Assembly (NCBI GenBank): GCA_023128965.1
Contig: JAGMCY010000150.1
Coordinates: 1 to 39,444 of the forward strand
Direction of reading: 5' to 3'
Length of the DNA: 39,444 nt
From: Candidatus Aenigmatarchaeota archaeon
GTDB taxonomy: Archaea; Aenigmatarchaeota; Aenigmatarchaeia; QMZP01; QMZT01
Shown: in pieces, positions 1 through 8,665 of the stretch
Numbering within the stretch: position 1 is the first letter of the stretch
Layout: each line of letters opens with the position of its first letter
Program-made: the position numbers and the translations under genes
The notes under the pieces: model-generated
The model's database searches: none
What the model saw: only the letters and a program-made list of their open reading frames with translations
Told to the model about the DNA's origin: nothing

Positions 1-258
1 CCTCCCCACATCAAGACCAACCCTTTCTAAGGATTCTCTGGAATAAGAAACGGGGAACATTATGAACAGATCTATCTCCTTTTTATCAGTGAGCCATGTA
101 TCGCGAATGAACGAGCCGGCGATGGTTTTCTCCAGGCCAAGAGGTTTTATCACGTTCTCGGTCACGCCAATAACCTTTTCCAAAACGCCTAACAGTTCCT
201 CCCTTTCGCCCTCGCTGGGCGTTATCCTTTTCAGGACTTTTTTCAGAACATTTTCCAT
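1..258 (-). CDS. cca: CCA-adding tRNA nucleotidyltransferase (archaeal class I), N-terminal part; runs off the left edge
   Basis: Not in the ORF track because no stop lies inside the window. Manual reverse-strand translation from ATG (258-256) gives MENVLKKVLKRITPSEGEREELLGVLEKVIGVTENVIKPLGLEKTIAGSFIRDTWLTDKKEIDLFIMFPVSYSRESLERVGLDVGR. The GS-x-x-R-x-T-W-L ... D-L-F-x-x-F-P pattern is the archaeal CCA-enzyme nucleotidyltransferase signature. This fits the tRNA gene in the window, which lacks an encoded CCA. Confidence 0.75.
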   Translation of the reverse strand, partial: MENVLKKVLKRITPSEGEREELLGVLEKVIGVTENVIKPLGLEKTIAGSFIRDTWLTDKKEIDLFIMFPVSYSRESLERVGLDVGR

Positions 259-303
259 AGTAAGTTATTTATTTCGTTCCAATTAAAATAAAGTGTCAAA
301 AAC

Positions 304-1143
304 GTGATTTCTATGCCATCCGAAAACCCGATACTAAACATTTTCATTGACACGAGAAAGCCAATAACTGAAATATGTTCAAGAAAACTAGTGATATCTC
401 AAGAAAATGAAAGACTGAGGGATGTTTTGAATTTAATGCTTGCCAAGGGGTTCAGAAAGATACCGATTGTTGACAAACCAAGACATCTGAAGGGGATTGT
501 GACTTCGATTGACATTCTTGATCTCCTCGGAGGCGGGGAGAAATACAAAATCTTCAAGAAGAACAAGAAGAGCATGGATTTGCGCGTGGAAAAATTCATG
601 ACGAGGCACGTGAGAACGATAAACTTCAAAACAAACATAAAGAAATCGATTGAGATTTTCAAAAGAGAAGGTTTCGGGCTTTGTCCTGTTGCGGACTCCA
701 AAAAAATCCTAGGGGTGATTTCAGATCAGGACTTCGTTAAGCAGGTAAACAAAACATTGGGAATCAAGGTATACGAGGTAATGGTGGAGAGACCAATCAT
801 CGCTAAAAAAGGGTACAGCGTATATGACACCGCGAAGATGATGTGCAGGGGCGGATTCAGGAGGCTTCCTGTAGTCGAGGATGATATTCTCTTGGGAATT
901 ATGACACCAACCGATATTCTGCTTTATCTCCATAAAAACGGGATTGAGGACAACCTGGTTCTGGATAGAACGCGGATAGAAAAAGTGATGAATAGGGAGC
1001 CTGTTACCATCCGGGAAGACACGGATTTGTTATCAGCGATCAACGTCATGAAGAGAGAAAATGTGGGAGGATTGCCCGTTGTTGAGGATGACGAGCTTGC
1101 GGGAATAATAACAGAGAGGGACATACTGGAAGTATTGATATGA
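304..1143 (+). CDS. CBS-domain protein (four CBS motifs, two Bateman modules)
   Basis: 279-aa ORF with repeated CBS signatures (KIPIVDK...LKGIVTSIDILD; GLCPVAD...ILGVISDQDF; RLPVVEDDILLGIMTPTDIL; GLPVVEDDELAGIITERDILEVL). The first ATG is at 313; the track start at 304 is GTG. Confidence 0.85.
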   Translation: MISMPSENPILNIFIDTRKPITEICSRKLVISQENERLRDVLNLMLAKGFRKIPIVDKPRHLKGIVTSIDILDLLGGGEKYKIFKKNKKSMDLRVEKFMTRHVRTINFKTNIKKSIEIFKREGFGLCPVADSKKILGVISDQDFVKQVNKTLGIKVYEVMVERPIIAKKGYSVYDTAKMMCRGGFRRLPVVEDDILLGIMTPTDILLYLHKNGIEDNLVLDRTRIEKVMNREPVTIREDTDLLSAINVMKRENVGGLPVVEDDELAGIITERDILEVLI

Positions 1144-1604
1144 GAAAAAAGCAAAGGATAAACGAAGAAGAGATAATCCGAATGGTAAGGGATTTGGAGG
1201 GAAAACTGGTTATAGTCGAAGGTAAAAACGATAAAAAAGCTTTAAAAAGCCTTGGCGTGAAAAATATTATTGCGATCAATGGAAGGCCGCTCTACGAGGT
1301 GGCGGAGGTCGCGTCAAAATCGAAAAGGGAAATTGTCATATTGACGGATTTTGATAGAAAGGGCAGGGAGATCGAAAAGCGATTGAAAACCCTGCTCCAG
1401 AGACACAAAAAACATCCCAATTCAAAATTAAGGGGAAAGATAATGTCTTTAGGAAAGAATAAAATTGAGGATTTCGGGAATTTGAATAGCCCGAGCCCTC
1501 ATTCGTTTAAGGAGGTTGATATTCATGTCAAAATTAGCGCCGACTTCAATAAAATACGTGATAAAGGCGGAAATAGACGCAAAAGGAGTAATAGAGAAAC
1601 CTGA
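1140..1604 (+). CDS. small Toprim-domain protein (COG1658-like, primase-related)
   Basis: LVIVEGKNDKKALKSLG ... EIVILTDFDRKGREIEKRL matches the Toprim E ... DxD layout. Its ATG overlaps the upstream stop (ATGA). The 3' tail overlaps the dnaG start by about 80 nt. Confidence 0.7.
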   Translation: MRKKQRINEEEIIRMVRDLEGKLVIVEGKNDKKALKSLGVKNIIAINGRPLYEVAEVASKSKREIVILTDFDRKGREIEKRLKTLLQRHKKHPNSKLRGKIMSLGKNKIEDFGNLNSPSPHSFKEVDIHVKISADFNKIRDKGGNRRKRSNRET

Positions 1605-2748
1605 TGTTATAGGGGCGATATTTGGGCAGACAGAAGGTCTGCTCGGAACTGATCTCGATTTAAGGGAGCTTCAAAGAACAGGAAGGATAGGAAGGATTGA
1701 AGTTCATATAAAATCCGAAAAGGGGAAATCACACGGCGAGGTTATCATCCCTTCTTCTCTTGATTCAGCAGAAACCGCTTTAATAGCAGCCACACTGGAG
1801 ACTATCGAAAGAGTGGGTCCGTGTTTAGCAAAGATAACACTCAAATCGGTTGAGGACACAAGGGAGCTGAAGAGGAAGTTCGTGGTGGACAAGGCAAAGA
1901 CCATTTTGAAGGATTTGTTGGATAATGGGATACAAGACACGTCAAAGATAGCAGAGGAGATAAAAGAGGAGATCAAAACGTACGAAATAACGACTTATCA
2001 CGGTCTTCCATGCGGCCCGAATCTACTGGATTCAGATGAGATAATCGTAGTGGAGGGAAGAGCGGACGTTATAAACCTTGTGAAATACGGGATCAAGAAT
2101 GTAATAGCAATGGAAGGGAGTTCAATCCCCCAGCACATAGTCAATTTGTCGAAGGAGAAAATAACCACGGCCTTCGTTGACGGTGACAGGGGAGGGAGTC
2201 TTAACCTGAAAAGCCTAATGGAGACAACGGATTTGGATTACGTTGCTACCGCTCCCGAAGGGAAGGAAGTTGAAGAGCTTTCGAAAAAAGAGGTTTTCAA
2301 AGCCCTAAGGGAAAAGATATCACCATCCCGGTTCAAATTGGGGAAGTACAGCAATATAGAAAAAAGGGAAATAGCTAGAAAGGAACCGCCTAAAAGGGAG
2401 TTAAGGGAAAGACCAGAAAGGCCAACAAAGGGATTCACTAGGCCGAAAGTCACAAAGGTCACAGAAGATCAGAAAAAAATATTCAAGAAAACGCTTGATG
2501 ATCTCATAGGAACACGAGCTGCTTGTATTTTTGATTCAACATTCAACCTTTTGGGCAAGGTTCCTGTAAAGGAGTTGCAAAACACGTTGAAAACTGTTGA
2601 CAATCCCTATGCAGTGATATTTGACGGAAAGGTTGACTACGTACTGGATATGATAGCAAGGAAGAAGGGCATAAAGTTTTTGGTTGGGATGGAAAAGGAA
2701 AACATAAGATCCCCCATCAACATCCTATCAAAGCAGGACATCACATAA
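1525..2748 (+). CDS. dnaG: archaeal DnaG primase (Toprim)
   Basis: N-terminus SKLAPTSIKYVIKAEIDAKGVIEKPDVIGAIFGQTEGLLGTDLDLRELQRTGRIGRIEV is the conserved archaeal DnaG N-terminal domain. Toprim motifs follow: IIVVEGRADVINL ... AFVDGDRGG. GGAGGT at 1511-1516 lies 8 nt upstream of ATG 1525; the track offers TTG at 1516. Confidence 0.9.
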   Translation: MSKLAPTSIKYVIKAEIDAKGVIEKPDVIGAIFGQTEGLLGTDLDLRELQRTGRIGRIEVHIKSEKGKSHGEVIIPSSLDSAETALIAATLETIERVGPCLAKITLKSVEDTRELKRKFVVDKAKTILKDLLDNGIQDTSKIAEEIKEEIKTYEITTYHGLPCGPNLLDSDEIIVVEGRADVINLVKYGIKNVIAMEGSSIPQHIVNLSKEKITTAFVDGDRGGSLNLKSLMETTDLDYVATAPEGKEVEELSKKEVFKALREKISPSRFKLGKYSNIEKREIARKEPPKRELRERPERPTKGFTRPKVTKVTEDQKKIFKKTLDDLIGTRAACIFDSTFNLLGKVPVKELQNTLKTVDNPYAVIFDGKVDYVLDMIARKKGIKFLVGMEKENIRSPINILSKQDIT

Positions 2749-2801
2749 ATTAATATAACTACAAAGCCAATTATTCAACAGACAAAAGATTAGGTGAGAG
2801 G

Positions 2802-3833
2802 ATGGAAGATTTGCTGAAAAAGCTCGTTGAATGCCCTTCGATTTCAGGTTATGAAAAGAACATCAGAGATCTGATATCCAAGGAGATCAGACCCCATGTT
2901 GATGAAGTGAAGGTTGATAAAATCGGGAATCTTATATGCAGGAAGGGTTCTGGTTCTCCAAAGATCATGTTGGCAGCACACATGGATGAAGTGGGTTTGA
3001 TGGTGAAATATATAGACGAGAAGGGTTTCATAAGGTTCGAGCCTGTTGGTGGATGGGACCCTAAAATTTTACTCGCCAGAAAGTTCGAAATACATGGTTC
3101 AAAGGGTCCTCTCGTAGCGGTGATAGGATCAAAACCGATTCACCTGCAGGAGAGAGAAGAGGAAAAGAAGCCCGTGAAGATAAAAGAGATGTTCATTGAT
3201 ATAGGAGCGAAAAACAGAAAAGAAGCCGAAAGGATGGGTGTTAATGTAGGGGATTTCATCACGAACCACGGAGAATTCAACAAAATTGGCGGTTCCAAGG
3301 TGACGGGATACGGATTTGATGACCGTGTTGGTTGCTTGGAACTGATAGAGGTCATGAAAAATCTCAAAAATTTCAAGGGAACGGTTTATGCCGTGGGAAC
3401 CGTGAAGGAGGAGATAGGGTTGGTTGGGATAAGGGGTTCAGCATTCGGCTTAAATCCCGACATTGTGATAGCCATTGACGTCACGACAAGCGGTGACACG
3501 CCTGAATTGAAGCCGCATGAAGCCATAGCAAGAATAAGTGAAGGTCCCACGCTCGTAATCAAAGACGCGATAAGCATAGTTCAGAATGAAATAAAGAAAT
3601 GGGTTCAGGACGTTGCTAAGAAAAACAAGATAAAATTGCAGTTTGACATCCTTTCACATGGTGCAACCGATGCCTCTATAACCCCAATGATAAGGGAGGG
3701 CATACCATCACTTTCAATACTAACGCCTTCACGTTACTTACACACACCCGTTGAGATTGTGGATATGAATGACGTGAAGAATTCTGCAAAACTCGTCACA
3801 GAGCTCGTGAAAACAGCGTACAAACATTTCTAA
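2802..3833 (+). CDS. M42 family metallopeptidase (TET/FrvX-type aminopeptidase)
   Basis: LLKKLVECPSISGYEKNIRDLI ... AAHMDEVGLMVKYIDEKGFIRFEPVGG ... GYGFDDRVGC ... VKEEIGLVG is typical M42 architecture. A GGTGAGAGG Shine-Dalgarno-like motif precedes the ATG. Confidence 0.85.
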   Translation: MEDLLKKLVECPSISGYEKNIRDLISKEIRPHVDEVKVDKIGNLICRKGSGSPKIMLAAHMDEVGLMVKYIDEKGFIRFEPVGGWDPKILLARKFEIHGSKGPLVAVIGSKPIHLQEREEEKKPVKIKEMFIDIGAKNRKEAERMGVNVGDFITNHGEFNKIGGSKVTGYGFDDRVGCLELIEVMKNLKNFKGTVYAVGTVKEEIGLVGIRGSAFGLNPDIVIAIDVTTSGDTPELKPHEAIARISEGPTLVIKDAISIVQNEIKKWVQDVAKKNKIKLQFDILSHGATDASITPMIREGIPSLSILTPSRYLHTPVEIVDMNDVKNSAKLVTELVKTAYKHF

Positions 3834-3835
3834 CT

Positions 3836-4225
3836 TCACATTATATTCACGTTTCCACGTATTGGTATTACCTCTAGTTCACCCCTGTACAACTGGACAT
3901 TCCCTATGATATTAATTTCGTTCCCATTACTTATTTCACTCACGTTCACGTTATTGATCTCGAGAAATTCCAGTATATCCTCCCAGATCACGACCTTCAC
4001 CTTTCCTGTATCATCTTTAAGATCGAAAAATACATGACCCTTGCTCCTGAACATTCCCGTTATCTCACCCGTCACATTCACGGTTTTTCCTGTGAATGAC
4101 CTATCAATATCGCCTATATTCACGTGAAATGATAAATTTTGACTGGTGATAATATACAAAAGAACAAGGCTTACAGACACCCCAATAACGGATATCTTCA
4201 CCAAAATATTCTCATTCATTTTCAC
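3836..4225 (-). CDS. membrane-anchored OB-fold (tRNA_anti-like) nucleic-acid-binding protein
   Basis: N-terminal TM helix (ILVKISVIGVSVSLVLLYII) followed by an OB-fold pattern (KTVNVTGEITGMFRSKGHVFFDLKDDTGKVKVVIWEDI ... INIIGNVQLYRGELEVI). Overlaps the thpR stop by 14 nt. Confidence 0.65.
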   Translation of the reverse strand: MKMNENILVKISVIGVSVSLVLLYIITSQNLSFHVNIGDIDRSFTGKTVNVTGEITGMFRSKGHVFFDLKDDTGKVKVVIWEDILEFLEINNVNVSEISNGNEINIIGNVQLYRGELEVIPIRGNVNIM

Positions 4226-4766
4226 GACCCAATTTAAATACAGCCAAATCGCTATATATAGGACCCTTTTTTGTCAGCATACTCAACTTCAACTTCACTT
4301 CATTCACGTTCATTTCACCTACGTTCACGTTTTTTGATTCATCCATGAATTTAAGCAAGATATCCTTGTTTTTACTTGACTTGACCCTTCCTATTGTCAA
4401 ATGAGGGGAAAAATTCTTCTTGCCCACTTTCACAAAATCGTTCACCTTTTTCATTATCTTCACCAATTCATCTTCACCTTTATTTAAACCCAACCACAGT
4501 GTCCTTATGTAGGGAGGACTTCCGAAATAGCCAACACCATTGATACTTATTTTGAATTCACCCTCATTTTTCAAGCATTCTTCCAGAGATTTCTTTATTC
4601 CCTTAACTTCATTTTCATTCACATCACCAAGAAATTTTACCGTGAAATGAAGGTTTTCAGACCCAACCAACTTTGTATCTATGTCCATATCTTTTAATTG
4701 TTTCTGTATTTTCACTACTTTGTTTACTAGTTTCTTGTCGATATCAATCGATATAAAACATCTCAT
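4212..4766 (-). CDS. thpR: RNA 2',3'-cyclic phosphodiesterase (2H family, ThpR/LigT)
   Basis: Two H-x-T motifs at the expected spacing: NLHFTVKFLGDV and SPHLTIGRVK. Length is 184 aa with the MRCFISIDI N-terminus typical of LigT. Confidence 0.85.
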   Translation of the reverse strand: MRCFISIDIDKKLVNKVVKIQKQLKDMDIDTKLVGSENLHFTVKFLGDVNENEVKGIKKSLEECLKNEGEFKISINGVGYFGSPPYIRTLWLGLNKGEDELVKIMKKVNDFVKVGKKNFSPHLTIGRVKSSKNKDILLKFMDESKNVNVGEMNVNEVKLKLSMLTKKGPIYSDLAVFKLGRENE

Positions 4767-4855
4767 AAAAGGTATTGTGAAGATGTATATATAAAATTTT
4801 CATTTCACATCAACTTCACAAAAATATTTAAATACTTTCCTAATTATATGAAATT

Positions 4856-5932
4856 ATGAACTCGGATATGAATTTAAGTGAAAAGTACATGAACATGTTC
4901 AGCTGGAAAGAGAACCCGTTCAGCTTCAAGATACTGCCCGATCTTTTTGTCGGTTACCTGAAGGAGATGGAGAGGATATCCACCAGTATACAAAATAAAG
5001 ATAAATTCTTCCTGTTGGTCGGTCCCACGGGTTCAGGGAAGACAACACTCATGAAGTTTCTGACGAAAAAATTCGATAAAGAGAAAATGATCTTTTACCT
5101 TTCCAAACCTCCGGGTAAACCTGAAGACTGGGTGAAGATATTCACGAACTTCATAGGATTCGGAATATTAGAAAGATTATTTTCACGCAGAACCCCCGAT
5201 ATATACAACCTCAGTGAATGGGTGAACAAGAAAATGAAGAACAAGGACATGGTTTTGCTCGTTGATGAAAGCCACGAAGCCAGCATAGAAACGCTGGAAT
5301 GGTTAAGAACATTAACGGATCAGATAGACAATCTTTCGATTGTCATCGCAGGCCTGCCAACGCTGGAGTCAATCCTTAGGGACAACCTCGAAACGTTCAC
5401 GAGGAGGGTTAACATAAGGGTGGAGCTCGCGAACCTGACAAAATCGGAAACCAGAGAACTCATAAAAAGGAGGATAGAGTGGGCAGGAGGAGAAGACATA
5501 AAGCCATTCACATCAGAAACGATTGAACACATATACGAAAAGACAGGCGGATTTCCAAGAGAAGTGATAAGGATATGCAGCGATCTCGTGCAGAAGGCTA
5601 TCGAAAACCACATATCAACCATAGACATGAATTTCCTCGAGGATTCCGAGGTCACCGCACCCAAAAGAATCCATTTGGGTTCAATGAATGCTCTGCCTTC
5701 AAAACAGAGAAATATACTCGAAATACTGGGGAAACACGGAGAGCTAACGCCTGCGGAAATCGTGGAGAAAATGGATTTAGATGCTTACAAAAGCAGGGAT
5801 AACGCGATAAGGTCCATCAACAACATACTCAAAAGGCTTGTAAAGGAAGGGATGTTGATAAGGAAAAGGAGAGGGAAAAGCTACCAATACGCGGTATCCG
5901 ATAAGATAACGACATTGATGGTTAATGCATAA
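4856..5932 (+). CDS. AAA-type ATPase with C-terminal winged-helix domain (ExeA/AAA_22-like; a divergent Orc1/Cdc6 relationship is not excluded)
   Basis: Walker A LLVGPTGSGKTTL and Walker B MVLLVDESHEA. The N-terminal ENPFSFKILPDLFVGY is reminiscent of ExeA/Orc lead-in motifs. The C-terminal wHTH is LPSKQRNILEILGKHGELTPAEIVEKM ... ILKRLVKEGMLIRKRRGKSYQY. Confidence 0.6.
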   Translation: MNSDMNLSEKYMNMFSWKENPFSFKILPDLFVGYLKEMERISTSIQNKDKFFLLVGPTGSGKTTLMKFLTKKFDKEKMIFYLSKPPGKPEDWVKIFTNFIGFGILERLFSRRTPDIYNLSEWVNKKMKNKDMVLLVDESHEASIETLEWLRTLTDQIDNLSIVIAGLPTLESILRDNLETFTRRVNIRVELANLTKSETRELIKRRIEWAGGEDIKPFTSETIEHIYEKTGGFPREVIRICSDLVQKAIENHISTIDMNFLEDSEVTAPKRIHLGSMNALPSKQRNILEILGKHGELTPAEIVEKMDLDAYKSRDNAIRSINNILKRLVKEGMLIRKRRGKSYQYAVSDKITTLMVNA

Positions 5933-5990
5933 ATTTTTAAATACTTCATTTTCATAATATACACATGTCATTATCAAGGAGAGGGTTTTT

Positions 5991-6251
5991 ATGGAAGAAA
6001 GAATAAGAAGCAGGGACCTTATGGGTAAGATTTTAGTTTCAGAGGAAAGCGGAAAGAAATTCGGAGTGGTCGGAGACCTTGACTATATTGTAGAATCAGG
6101 CGAGCTCGTAAACCTTGTTCTGGTGCAACCAACAAAGCACACGAATGAACTAAACTTGCAGGAAGACGACAAGGGAAGGGTTCTAGTTCCGTTCTCTGCG
6201 GTGAAATCTGTAGGAGATTTCGTCATAGTAACTGAAAAAGACATAATCTAA
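5991..6251 (+). CDS. small PRC-barrel domain protein
   Basis: 86 aa. LMGKILVSEESGKKFGVVGDLDYIVESGELVNLVL ... VLVPFSAVKSVGDFVIV fits the PRC-barrel pattern. A GGAGAGGG RBS-like motif lies upstream. Confidence 0.7.
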   Translation: MEERIRSRDLMGKILVSEESGKKFGVVGDLDYIVESGELVNLVLVQPTKHTNELNLQEDDKGRVLVPFSAVKSVGDFVIVTEKDII

Positions 6252-6316
6252 GTTCGCATTTCTCCTATTTCTGCTTTTGATAGGTATATAAATTTGACCC
6301 CGTCAATATAGTAATT

Positions 6317-6619
6317 ATGACAAGGAAAAACTACTACAAAAACACGGTAAAAAACGTTATACGGATCCTCAATTTACTCAAAAAATCAGGACAAGATGGC
6401 GAACTCGTCACCATCTCGAAAATCTCGAAACTGACAGGTCTTCACAAATGGACCGTTTCTCGAACGATAGATTTGTATATGTCCCCCTATGTCGAAATAA
6501 TGATTCCAGAAGGTTTTGAGGATGTTGGTTTGAAAATAAAATTCGTGAAACTGAAGGACCCGGATATAAAAAAGGAACAGGTTTTGAGATTCCTGAAACT
6601 GCGAAGTCTCACTTTTTAA
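6317..6619 (+). CDS. small winged-helix DNA-binding protein, hypothetical
   Basis: 100 aa with an HTH-like core [27 protein letters not shown]-like GTATATAAAT lies about 30 nt upstream. The 3' end overlaps the convergent radA by 4 nt. Confidence 0.45.
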   Translation: MTRKNYYKNTVKNVIRILNLLKKSGQDGELVTISKISKLTGLHKWTVSRTIDLYMSPYVEIMIPEGFEDVGLKIKFVKLKDPDIKKEQVLRFLKLRSLTF

Positions 6620-7551
6620 TCCCTCACACCCTCGGTTATCAGTCTGAATACAGCCTCGCCTTCCGGAAGACTTGGAGAATCAATGAGTTTCGCTATTCTT
6701 TTATCACCTTTGGATCTCCTGAGGTACACGCGGAACGTCGCCTGATGCCCCAGTATGTGACCTCCTATTGGAACTGTAGGATCACCAAACAAAACGTCAG
6801 GCCTTGCCATGACCTGGTTGGTTACATAAATCGCCAAATTGTAGACATCAGCGATTCTCTGCAAATAATGGAGGTGTCTGTTGAGTTTTTGCTGCCGGTT
6901 AGCGAGGGTCCCCCTTCCCGTGTAATCCGACCTGAAGGATGATGTTAATGAATCGACCACTAACAATTTCACGTTTCCCCTTTTTATGACTTCCTCAGCC
7001 TTTTCGGCTAGAATGACCTGATGATCAGAATTGTAAGCCCTAGCAACGAATATATTTTTCATAGCCTTCTCTGGGTCGATGCCAAGGGCCTCTGCCATAT
7101 GCCTTACTCTTTCCGGCCTGAATGTCTGCTCCGTGTCTATGAATATCGCCTTTCCCCCCAAACCCCCCTTTTCTTTTGGGAGCTGGACAGAAACAGCGAG
7201 TTGATGAGCGAGCTGTGATTTACCTGAACCAAAAGCACCATGCATTTCGGTTATAGCCTGCGTCTCGATCCCTCCGCCAAGAAGACCGTCCAATGTTTTT
7301 GAACATGTGGTTATCCTGCCTATTTTTTCCCTTTTTTCCAAAACATCCTTTGCGGTTTCGAAACCCATCTTGAGTTTCTGCCTGGCCGCTGCTATGATTT
7401 TGTTCGCTGTCTCCACGCCTATCCCCGTCGCCGCAGAAAGTTCACCGGCTGAGGAGGCCGCGATGCTCATGAGGTTGTCATAGCCGGCTTCTTTCATTTT
7501 TTCCAGTGTTTTATCACCGACACCCGGAAGTTCTTCGATACCCTTTGTCAT
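6616..7551 (-). CDS. radA: DNA repair and recombination protein RadA
   Basis: N-terminal HhH domain ([30 protein letters not shown]), Walker [15 protein letters not shown] and Walker B LLVVDSL. Length 311 aa. Confidence 0.95.
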   Translation of the reverse strand: MTKGIEELPGVGDKTLEKMKEAGYDNLMSIAASSAGELSAATGIGVETANKIIAAARQKLKMGFETAKDVLEKREKIGRITTCSKTLDGLLGGGIETQAITEMHGAFGSGKSQLAHQLAVSVQLPKEKGGLGGKAIFIDTEQTFRPERVRHMAEALGIDPEKAMKNIFVARAYNSDHQVILAEKAEEVIKRGNVKLLVVDSLTSSFRSDYTGRGTLANRQQKLNRHLHYLQRIADVYNLAIYVTNQVMARPDVLFGDPTVPIGGHILGHQATFRVYLRRSKGDKRIAKLIDSPSLPEGEAVFRLITEGVRD

Positions 7552-7588
7552 ATAAATCCCCTTAGCATTAATATTTCACTTTAATATT

Positions 7589-8602
7589 TTAATCTTTAAT
7601 CCCCCTTATCCTTCGAAGTAGTTTTTCGGCTTCCCCTTTCGGATCAACACTTTCGATTTCATTCGCGATAAATTCCATCCTTTCCGTGAACTGGTTTTTC
7701 TTGACCCTGCCCCTGATTATGAATTCCTCCCCAAGATGCAAATTTTCATATACATTTAACTGGTCACCGGAAGCGACCTTTTTCAACTCTTCCGTGTCCT
7801 TGCCGAAAACCTTCTCTGCGAGATCTCTGAAGAAGACCACACGTATGTTCCCAGAACCATCATCTATCACACCCGAAAGCACGAGGTTGTATTTCGGTTC
7901 GACGTTACCATGATCTTTACATTTCCACACATCCTCTTCCTTTCCCAATCGTGATTCACATGTTGGACATACCTCGAAAAACGGATTCCTCCTGTAAACC
8001 TGGACCAGTGAAGCCCTCACCTTGCTGTATTCCCCTTCCCTCAGATCACGTATGTTCTTTACATTCACTGTATCGAAATCCCCCCCTATATCCTTAATTT
8101 CGGGTATCTGCGTATCCGATTTCTCCAGTTTTCCCATTCTTCCGAGCCTTATTTCACTGTTTCCCCTGTTGTCTTCCTTCACATACCCCCCTGTGACCTT
8201 CACAACATCCCCTTCTTTCACGTCCAGTTCCTTGAGTAATTCTATCTCACCGTTCCACAGAGAAAGCCTTACAACCCCGGTGTCGTCCCCAAGCGTGATG
8301 TTCACCACACTCCCCGTTTTCCCTCCCCTTTCGAAATCCCTTTTATCCGATATGTTCACGATCCTGCCTGCTATGTCAACCGATCTCATCCCAGGGATAA
8401 CATTCTTGACCTTGAGCCTTCGTTTTGCGGGTTCCTTGAGAAGGTTTACGCCGAGCTCTTTTCCGACTATGTAAGCCGCCCCTTCAGGCGAGACCAGGCC
8501 TGAGAGCTCGATCTGCTTTTCCCCGATCTTCTGGTTCACCTCGTCTTCCGAGAGTTTGGAAACCTTTGATATCTCCTTAACGATCTCCTTAAGAGAAAAC
8601 AT
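7589..8602 (-). CDS. rpa: replication protein A-like ssDNA-binding protein (OB folds plus zinc finger)
   Basis: The N-terminal domain MFSLKEIVKEISKVSKLSEDEVNQKI...SPEGAAYIVGKELGV is typical of archaeal RPA. Two OB-fold segments are present, plus a CPTC...x13...CKDH zinc-finger motif. Confidence 0.8.
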   Translation of the reverse strand: MFSLKEIVKEISKVSKLSEDEVNQKIGEKQIELSGLVSPEGAAYIVGKELGVNLLKEPAKRRLKVKNVIPGMRSVDIAGRIVNISDKRDFERGGKTGSVVNITLGDDTGVVRLSLWNGEIELLKELDVKEGDVVKVTGGYVKEDNRGNSEIRLGRMGKLEKSDTQIPEIKDIGGDFDTVNVKNIRDLREGEYSKVRASLVQVYRRNPFFEVCPTCESRLGKEEDVWKCKDHGNVEPKYNLVLSGVIDDGSGNIRVVFFRDLAEKVFGKDTEELKKVASGDQLNVYENLHLGEEFIIRGRVKKNQFTERMEFIANEIESVDPKGEAEKLLRRIRGIKD

Positions 8603-8665
8603 GCCAAAACCTTTGAACTTTGAATAAAGATTGAAAATTAGTTATAAAAGTTTATGTTTAAACCA

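Noticed and set aside
62-286. 74-aa plus-strand ORF at the left edge
   Set aside because: It overlaps the minus-strand CCA-adding enzyme N-terminus, whose translation carries clear family motifs. The plus-strand product has none.
3836-4340. Dense recurrence of TTCAC/GTGAA pentamers that looked like possible origin (ORB-like) or iteron repeats
   Set aside because: All copies fall inside the two minus-strand coding regions and are explained by repeated Val-Asn/Glu-Val codons (…NVNVSE…, …NVNVGEMNVNEV…). They have no regular spacing and no intergenic location.
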